Shown here piece after piece: positions 57,565 through 64,000 of a stretch of 64,000 nt of DNA; the stretch's first letter is position 1; every line of letters starts with the position of its first letter. The stretch is from Clostridiales bacterium. Its GTDB lineage: Bacteria > Bacillota > Clostridia > Lachnospirales > Lachnospiraceae. The position numbers were made by a program, and so were the translations under genes. The notes beneath the pieces were generated by a model, which worked only from the letters and a program-made list of their open reading frames with translations, was not told where the DNA came from and ran no database searches. The DNA lies in NCBI GenBank assembly GCA_012522735.1, contig JAAYJU010000106.1, positions 34,095-98,094 on the forward strand, in the 5' to 3' direction.

Positions 57565-58494
57565 CTATGCCTTTAGGACAGCATCAGCAATTCCTTTTGC
57601 ATCCAGACCATATAAAGCCATTAATTCATCATAGGGCCCAGAAGCAGCATAAACCTTTGGTACTCCAAGCATTTTAACAGGGACCGGACTTTTTGCCGCA
57701 CATACTTCTGCGACCATGGTACCCAAACCGCCTTGTAAATAATGCTCCTCTACTGTTACTATCTTCCCTGTTCTATTCGCCGCTTCAACTATAATTTCTT
57801 CATCAATAGGACACACGGTAGGCATTCCAATAATATGAGGATTACACCCTTGCTCCTCTAATAACACCGCTGCCTTCAACACTTCAGCAGTAATAGAACC
57901 GGTGGAGATAATTGTGATATCCTCGCCCTCCTTAAGTACAGTTCCCTTTCCAATAATAAAAGGCTTTTCTTCAAATAATACTGGTTGTGCAGCATTACCG
58001 ATTCTCATATAAACAGGTCCATCATGCTCTAGCATAGCTTTTACTGCATATCTGATCTCTACCGGATCCTGAGGTGCTAGTACAACAACACCCGGTATCA
58101 TCCTCATGATTGCATAATCCTCCAAAGAATGATGGGTAGCTCCCAAATCCGAATATGTTAGGCCACTATTTCTTCCCACAATTTTAGCATTTTGTTTCAT
58201 ATAGCCCAAATCATTTCGGAACATTTCATAAGGTCTTACTGTAACAAAGGGCGCAATTGCACAAAATACCGGTATCTTACCAGTTGTCGCCAAGCCTGAT
58301 GCGATTCCCATAACTCCTTGTTCCATAATACCAAATTCAAAATAACGCTCAGGATGTTCCTTCGCAAATTCACCAAATCCTGAACTACCACCACTATCTG
58401 CGGAAAGGATGACAATATCTGAATTTAATTCTGCCAGTTCTGTTACGGCCTTACCAAACTCTTTTCTAGGATCTAATTTCTCTCCTACCATCAT
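57565..58494 (-). CDS. Transketolase C-terminal (pyrimidine-binding) subunit
   Basis: FGIMEQGVMG.A.GLA, GATHHSLED, PVYMRIG, TVEEHY..GGLG. Confidence 0.9.
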   Translation of the reverse strand: MMVGEKLDPRKEFGKAVTELAELNSDIVILSADSGGSSGFGEFAKEHPERYFEFGIMEQGVMGIASGLATTGKIPVFCAIAPFVTVRPYEMFRNDLGYMKQNAKIVGRNSGLTYSDLGATHHSLEDYAIMRMIPGVVVLAPQDPVEIRYAVKAMLEHDGPVYMRIGNAAQPVLFEEKPFIIGKGTVLKEGEDITIISTGSITAEVLKAAVLLEEQGCNPHIIGMPTVCPIDEEIIVEAANRTGKIVTVEEHYLQGGLGTMVAEVCAAKSPVPVKMLGVPKVYAASGPYDELMALYGLDAKGIADAVLKA

Positions 58495-58505
58495 ACTTCC
58501 TCCTA

Positions 58506-59351
58506 TCATATTAATTCTAACTCTTTTATAGCGGTTTCTGTTTCATAGATTGCCTGATTTAATTCTTCCTTAGATGGCTTCCAATAATGATAAGCCGCCT
58601 TATTTTCAGCAAAGGATATCCCTTTAGATTTAATTGTATGAGAAACTATCAATGTAGGCTTTCCACATTGCATAGGTATTAAATCCAAAGTCTCAATTAT
58701 CTCTTTCATATTATTTCCGTCTATGTCTTTAACCGCCCAGCCAAATGATGAGAACCGTTCAGCTATCGGTTCAAAATTCATAATATCTGACGTATGCCCG
58801 CTGATTTGAAGTCCATTATTGTCAACAAATACAACCAGATTATCAAGCTTATGATGAGCCGCAGCTGCCGCTGCTTCCCAATTAGAGCCCTCCGCTAACT
58901 CACCATCACCCATAACCACATAAACCTTTGAAGACATTTTATCAAGCTTAAAGCCCAAGGCCATACCGCAGCCAATGGATAAGCCGTGCCCTAAAGCTCC
59001 TGTATTTGCTTCAATTCCCTCTAGCTTATGCATATCAGGGTGTCCGGGTATCTTAGTATTTAGCCTTCCATAAGTATCCAGTACAGATTTATCAAAATAA
59101 CCCTTCTCCGCCAATACAGCATATTGTGCCATACATTTATGACCAGCTGAAAGGATAAAACGGTCCCTATCCTCTAGCTTTGGATTTTGGGCAGATATGT
59201 TCATTTTATAGAAATAAAGTGCAGTCAATATATCTATGCAGGATAGAGCTCCACCAAGATGACCACATCCGCTGGCTTCCACCATACGTACTACGTTTCT
59301 TCTGCATTTTGCTGCATTTAGTTCCAGCTCTTTGATTACTTTTCTATCCAT
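58506..59351 (-). CDS. Transketolase N-terminal (ThDP-binding) subunit
   Basis: GHLGGALS, DRFILSAGH, TGALGHGLS, GDGELAEG..WEA, VDNNGLQ. Confidence 0.92.
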   Translation of the reverse strand: MDRKVIKELELNAAKCRRNVVRMVEASGCGHLGGALSCIDILTALYFYKMNISAQNPKLEDRDRFILSAGHKCMAQYAVLAEKGYFDKSVLDTYGRLNTKIPGHPDMHKLEGIEANTGALGHGLSIGCGMALGFKLDKMSSKVYVVMGDGELAEGSNWEAAAAAAHHKLDNLVVFVDNNGLQISGHTSDIMNFEPIAERFSSFGWAVKDIDGNNMKEIIETLDLIPMQCGKPTLIVSHTIKSKGISFAENKAAYHYWKPSKEELNQAIYETETAIKELELI

Positions 59352-59791
59352 TATGCATGCCTTCTTTCATACTCCAATATCCGATCAACCTTGGGAGCAG
59401 ATCTTGTATTGGGATCATAGGAGACGCTTAGGTATTCCTTTACACAGCATTTGGCTACTTCTATACCCATAATCTGTGCACCCATAGCAATTATGTTCGC
59501 GTTGTTACTAAGTTGAGCCCTCTGAGCCTGATAAACGTCGGTTACCAGAGCTGCATATGCTCCATCTATTTTATTAGCTGCAATACTTACTCCAATTCCT
59601 GTTCCGCAGATTAATATTCCTCTATCATAGCTACCTTTTGCCACTGCCTCTGCCACTTCTATAGCAGTATTTGCATAAATCGGATCATCGCTGCCAAAAT
59701 CAATACATTCATGACCCAGCTCCTCAATAAAGGGAATAAGCTGTGCCTTAAACTCTGTAGCATTTGGATCACATCCTATAGCTATTTTCAT
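59351..59791 (-). CDS. RpiB/LacA/LacB family sugar-phosphate isomerase
   Basis: MKIAIGCD, GILICGTGIGVSIAANK, NNANIIAMG. Confidence 0.9.
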   Translation of the reverse strand: MKIAIGCDPNATEFKAQLIPFIEELGHECIDFGSDDPIYANTAIEVAEAVAKGSYDRGILICGTGIGVSIAANKIDGAYAALVTDVYQAQRAQLSNNANIIAMGAQIMGIEVAKCCVKEYLSVSYDPNTRSAPKVDRILEYERRHA

Positions 59792-59813
59792 AATCTTCTT
59801 CCTCCTTTAGCTC

Positions 59814-60734
59814 TTAATCCTCGTTCAAAAGCTCATTTATAATACTTAGACTCTGTTCAAATGTCAGCTCCATCTTCCTTAAATTCTCGTCTTCCACAGG
59901 CTTTAGCGGATGTCTAGGACTACCACAGGTATATCCTAGAAGATTCATAGCTGCCTTTACTCCGGATACTCCTGCAGGAGCCGTTGTTTGCGCTGCAAGA
60001 TCACCCAACATTCCATTTAATTTTTCGGCCTTTTCATATTTACCTTCCTTAATCAGAGCATATAAGCTACAGCATAATTCAGGAATATAATTTGCTGATG
60101 AGAGTACCCCACCTGAGGCTCCCTTGCGTATACTATCAAGAAATTTACCAAATGTTCCTGACAGTACAAAGAACTCCTTGACGTCTGTTAGTAAGTTAAG
60201 ATATTGTTCGATAGGTAAAGCTGAAGTATCTTTTATTCCAATAATATTATTATGAGAAGATAGGATCTTAACTGTATTAGGTTCTATGTTGACACCAGCC
60301 GCATAGCCCGGTGCACTATATAAGATAATCGGAAGGGGAGATTCATCTGCAACCTTTGTATAGAATTCAACTAGACATTCCTGAGTGATTTGCTTGGGAA
60401 AATAATGAGGAGTTAGTATGAATACAGCATCTATCCCTAACTCAGCCACTTTCTTAGTAAAGGAGATAGTTTCCTTCGTTGATTCTCTGCCTGTTCCTGT
60501 AAATACCAATTTGTCAGGAGAAGCTGCTTCCTTAACCACTCTCGTAACTTCATATGCTTCATCATCATTCAACATAAAGAATTCACCATTACTTCCCAAG
60601 GGCATATAGCCTCGTATATTGGTGTAATTCAGTTTTTCAATGTTGCGTCTTAGCATATTATAATCAACTGCATTTGTTACAGGATCAAATGGTGTTATTA
60701 CGGGCACAAAAATGCCATTCAAATCTACTGCCAT
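59814..60734 (-). CDS. DapA/NanA family class I aldolase or dehydratase
   Basis: VPVITPF, GSNGEF, IILYS.P, IIGIKDT (Schiff-base Lys). Confidence 0.88.
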   Translation of the reverse strand: MAVDLNGIFVPVITPFDPVTNAVDYNMLRRNIEKLNYTNIRGYMPLGSNGEFFMLNDDEAYEVTRVVKEAASPDKLVFTGTGRESTKETISFTKKVAELGIDAVFILTPHYFPKQITQECLVEFYTKVADESPLPIILYSAPGYAAGVNIEPNTVKILSSHNNIIGIKDTSALPIEQYLNLLTDVKEFFVLSGTFGKFLDSIRKGASGGVLSSANYIPELCCSLYALIKEGKYEKAEKLNGMLGDLAAQTTAPAGVSGVKAAMNLLGYTCGSPRHPLKPVEDENLRKMELTFEQSLSIINELLNED

Positions 60735-60756
60735 ATTCTTTCTCCTTATATAACGC

Positions 60757-62097
60757 TTACTTAATTTTACTCAACAAATCCTTTACCATAAGAGCATTGC
60801 CCTTTAATGGACAATTATCGATTACTTCAATTTCAAAGCTATCAAACATCTTCTTTTTAATCCCTAAATAAGCCTTATTATTTTCAACCAAATTACCAGT
60901 AGCTTTAATCGTCTTATTCATAGGAATAATCTTTTTACACCTATCAATTGTAGTCTTTGACTGAAGCTGAATCCCTTCGATTAAAGCACATAGCATATTA
61001 TCTCTGCCTGTATCTAAGGTTAGACCATTGAATGTGCCCTTCTTTTTCCTTAAGCTTTGTCTATCTCCTGTCAAATAAGGCAAAAATTTTACTCCTCCTG
61101 TTTCACATCTATTCATTAACAAATCGGATAGGTGTTCTTGAAAGAACTCCTCCTTACTCATATCTTTGTAAAATTCTCTTCTAAACCATTCTAATGCGAA
61201 GCCTCCGGTTGTTATAGAAAAAACCTGCCACAATCCTTTTGTCCCAGAAGCCCTCAGATAATACTTATCATTAGTAATCGGTGTATTGGTTAGCACTGAA
61301 ATAATTTCACTACTACCTGAAATAAACAAGGCTTGACCGCTAGTATTTACTTCTGCGCCAATCAAGGCGCTTGCTACATCCTGGGTACCTAAGAGTACCG
61401 GTATATCTGATTTCAAACCCATGTTCTGTGCTGTCTCCGGTAGTAAACCGTGGTATGTACTATTAGCCTCTTTTATCGGTGGTAATAATTCCATTGGTAT
61501 ATTAAATGCATTACAAATTTCCTTTGACCAACCAGTACCTGTAATTGTTTCATACATTCCGGTAATCGATGCATTTACTTGATCGATTGCCCATTGTCCT
61601 GTTAATTTTTTATATAAATATGTTGTTAAATGCCCTATGCGTCTAACCTTACTAAATAATTTTGATCTATGATCACGAAACCATAATAGGGTTGTTAAGG
61701 TCACGCCTCCCGCATATGGTAAAGTGCCTGTAATATTCAGAAAATTGTCTTTACCGAATTCTTCAATAATCCTCTTTGTATAGGCTCGGCTTCTTCTATC
61801 CAAATGAGTAACAATTGGATACAATGCTCTTCCCTCTTCGTCCATCATAACAAAGGAGGGTGCAAAGGCATCAAAGCATACAGCTTCTACAAGTGGTAGA
61901 TATTCTTTCACATCTCTTAGAGTATCGAAAAAAGCCTTCTCAAGCTCTACCATGTCAATTTCAAGTTTATTTTTATCAGTTATCTTCAGTTTGTAGTCTC
62001 TTTTTGCAGTTTTTATTAGGCGAACTTCTTCATCAATGATTGCTATTTTAACTGATGAAGTACCAAAATCTGCTGATAATGTATATATGTTATTCAC
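60757..62097 (-). CDS. FGGY family carbohydrate kinase
   Basis: ADFGTSSVK, D.R, LLWFRD, SGSSE, FLPYLTGDR. Confidence 0.85.
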   Translation of the reverse strand: MNNIYTLSADFGTSSVKIAIIDEEVRLIKTAKRDYKLKITDKNKLEIDMVELEKAFFDTLRDVKEYLPLVEAVCFDAFAPSFVMMDEEGRALYPIVTHLDRRSRAYTKRIIEEFGKDNFLNITGTLPYAGGVTLTTLLWFRDHRSKLFSKVRRIGHLTTYLYKKLTGQWAIDQVNASITGMYETITGTGWSKEICNAFNIPMELLPPIKEANSTYHGLLPETAQNMGLKSDIPVLLGTQDVASALIGAEVNTSGQALFISGSSEIISVLTNTPITNDKYYLRASGTKGLWQVFSITTGGFALEWFRREFYKDMSKEEFFQEHLSDLLMNRCETGGVKFLPYLTGDRQSLRKKKGTFNGLTLDTGRDNMLCALIEGIQLQSKTTIDRCKKIIPMNKTIKATGNLVENNKAYLGIKKKMFDSFEIEVIDNCPLKGNALMVKDLLSKIK

Positions 62098-62110
62098 CTC
62101 TTTTGCATAA

Positions 62111-62146
62111 TAATAGGGGCTGGAGGAAAATCTCCAGCCCCCATTA
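62111..62146 (-). promoter_or_regulatory. Intercistronic stem-loop after the solute-binding protein gene (mRNA stabiliser or partial terminator)
   Basis: GGGGCTGGAG-gaaaat-CTCCAGCCCC. Confidence 0.65.
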
Positions 62147-62170
62147 CTATAAATATTTCAATTGATGTCT

Positions 62171-63499
62171 TTACTGATTATCAGCAAGTATAGTTTCTAC
62201 TCTGGAAATTACTTTTTCCATAGCATCGTCTATGGACACGCCATTACCTATCATTGTATTATAGGCTTCACCCATTACATCCTGGATTTCACCGTAAGCG
62301 GGGAATGAAGGTGAAGGAAGAGCATATTCCATACAATCAATAAAGCCCTTGAAAGTTTCGTTGTCGAATGCAGGATCAGCTGCCGCATCCTTGGTAACAG
62401 GCAATCTACCAGACTTTACACCAAAATCTACAGAAAATTCGCTCTGTGTTATGAATTTTAAGTAATCTGCTACTATTTCAGGATTCTTACTTGCAGTTGT
62501 AATTGCATAACCAGATGTCTGAAGATTTGTAACGTGTCTTTCTGCCTTAGGAACTGCAACGCTGGCCAGCTTGCCCTTCAGATTAGGGTTATCACTTTCT
62601 ATTGCTCCAATAGCATTTGATCCTGTAATCATAAGTCCAGTCTTTTCTTGTGCAAAATATGCTGCTGCTTCAGGATATCCTGTCTCAGTTGCTCCTGGAG
62701 GTACTACGCCATCTACAAGTGCTAAGTCAACGAATGATTGCAATGCATTTCTGAATTTATCTGTACCTAAGTCTGATACCCATTCACCGGCATCATTTTG
62801 ATATATTTCATTTACACCAAAGGCTCTTGAATATTGAACAAATCTAGCTTGTCCTGAACCATTATTTGTTCCTACCATACTAAATCCCCAACGAGAATCA
62901 TTAGTAAATGCTTTAGCAGCTGCTGCAAAATCATCCATGGTTTCAATCTTATCCATTCCGATTTCCTGTAACCAGTCTCCACGGTATATTACAGCTACGG
63001 GTATAACATGCCAAGGAACCATCATAAGCTGTCCATTGATCTTACCGTACTCTACAACCTTTTCAGTCAAAGTGCCAATAAATTCTTCGCCTAATAACTC
63101 TTCATGGTCAACGATGATACCCATATCATGAGCCTGTGCCATAAACTCTGTCGGCATAAAGAATGCATCAGGAAGATCATTACTTGTATTTAAAGCTACA
63201 ATCTTCTTAGCCATTTCATTTACAGGTTGTCCTATCAGTTCAATCTTAACATTAGGATTTTTAGCCATATAAGCATCTGCCATAGCCTGCTCCATAGGAC
63301 CTTCCTTCTCAGTGATTAATGTAGACAAAATCTTAATTGTTACTTGCTCATCTGTATCTGTTCCCTTATTAGTATCGGGTTCGGATACATCTGTATTAGG
63401 TTTATTGGTTGATGAATCCTCCTTTTTCCCTGCACAGCCTGATAACAAGCCTGTTGCCATAACTAGAACTAGTAATACACTTAATAGTCTTTTCTTCAT
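62171..63499 (-). CDS. Carbohydrate ABC transporter substrate-binding lipoprotein
   Basis: Lipobox LLSGC, low-complexity linker, family-1 SBP motifs (PDAFF, YRGDWL, M.ITGS). Confidence 0.9.
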   Translation of the reverse strand: MKKRLLSVLLVLVMATGLLSGCAGKKEDSSTNKPNTDVSEPDTNKGTDTDEQVTIKILSTLITEKEGPMEQAMADAYMAKNPNVKIELIGQPVNEMAKKIVALNTSNDLPDAFFMPTEFMAQAHDMGIIVDHEELLGEEFIGTLTEKVVEYGKINGQLMMVPWHVIPVAVIYRGDWLQEIGMDKIETMDDFAAAAKAFTNDSRWGFSMVGTNNGSGQARFVQYSRAFGVNEIYQNDAGEWVSDLGTDKFRNALQSFVDLALVDGVVPPGATETGYPEAAAYFAQEKTGLMITGSNAIGAIESDNPNLKGKLASVAVPKAERHVTNLQTSGYAITTASKNPEIVADYLKFITQSEFSVDFGVKSGRLPVTKDAAADPAFDNETFKGFIDCMEYALPSPSFPAYGEIQDVMGEAYNTMIGNGVSIDDAMEKVISRVETILADNQ

Positions 63500-63520
63500 T
63501 TTTCCTCTCCTTTAATTTTT

Positions 63521-64000
63521 TTATTGTTTTACAGCACCAGCTGTTAAACCACTTATAAAATATTTCTGTAAAAATATAAATAATATTACCAAGGGTAGAC
63601 TCGCAATGATTGAAGCCGCCATCATATCATTCCATAAGATCTTATAGAAACCATTTAGCTCTGCAATTCCTAAAGGAACTGTCTTTAATTCTGGCGAGTT
63701 AATCAATACCTGCGCAAACATATACTCATTCCATCCAGTAATAAATGCATAAATTGCAGAAGAAGCTATACCGGGTAATGTCATCGGAAGAATTATCTTA
63801 TAAAACGCCTTCCATCTGGAGCAACCATCTATAATAGCCGCCTCATCTAGTTCAAGAGGTATTGTTCTAAAGAAGCCTACCATCATCCACGAACAGAAGG
63901 GGACAGTAAATGATATATATACGATTATCATTCCAAGCAGACTATCATTAATACCATAGGTGCTCAATACCTTATAATAGGGAATTAGCATCATAATGGA
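63521..64000 (-). CDS. Carbohydrate ABC transporter permease (truncated by the right edge)
   Basis: EAA loop ELDEAAIIDGCS, FITGWNEY, FLQKYFISGLTAGAVK. Confidence 0.9.
   Translation of the reverse strand, partial: SIMMLIPYYKVLSTYGINDSLLGMIIVYISFTVPFCSWMMVGFFRTIPLELDEAAIIDGCSRWKAFYKIILPMTLPGIASSAIYAFITGWNEYMFAQVLINSPELKTVPLGIAELNGFYKILWNDMMAASIIASLPLVILFIFLQKYFISGLTAGAVKQ

Noticed and set aside
59814-60734. Lysine-biosynthetic dapA
   Set aside because: Has GSNGE rather than GTTGE and sits in a sugar uptake and catabolism operon.
1-64000. rRNA, tRNA, prophage or intact transposase genes
   Set aside because: None recognised; intergenic gaps are short and accounted for, though a covariance-model scan was not possible.

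Overview
Chromosomal segment of a low-GC, motile Firmicute; gene order and protein styles suggest Lachnospiraceae/Clostridia (inference). Nearly all genes are on the minus strand. Five blocks: (1) 1-15 kb housekeeping genes (dnaE partial, polysaccharide deacetylase, ptsH, whiA, rapZ, murB, glucokinase, hprK, uvrC, ftsH, lspA). (2) 15-36.3 kb: two genes of unknown function, then an ~18 kb visibly AT-rich glycosylation island directly downstream of flagellin. It encodes a Maf transferase, a NeuB/NeuA/HAD-phosphatase ulosonic-acid set without NeuC, a TPR-GT2, an IspD-type cytidylyltransferase with an extended SDR, two paralogous LicD proteins, a TagF-like protein, and a MenD-like ThDP enzyme with an Fe-S aldo/keto reductase and two pyruvyltransferase-family proteins. 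(3) 36.4-47.7 kb late flagellar cluster (fliC, fliS, fliD, flaG, csrA, fliW, flgL, two flgK, flgN, flgM) with sigma-28 promoters and CsrA-type hairpins. (4) 47.7-57.4 kb mixed genes (permease, S41 protease, CdaR/PucR regulator, MsmX-type ATPase, YitT, SDR, DsrE). (5) 57.5-64 kb uncharacterised carbohydrate uptake and catabolism operon. Non-coding signals: a three-copy modular hairpin repeat family, a multi-hairpin element after ptsH, a doubled 21-bp palindrome and a probable orphan IS end. No rRNA, tRNA or CRISPR array was recognised. All functional calls come from motif recognition by eye; no database search was run.
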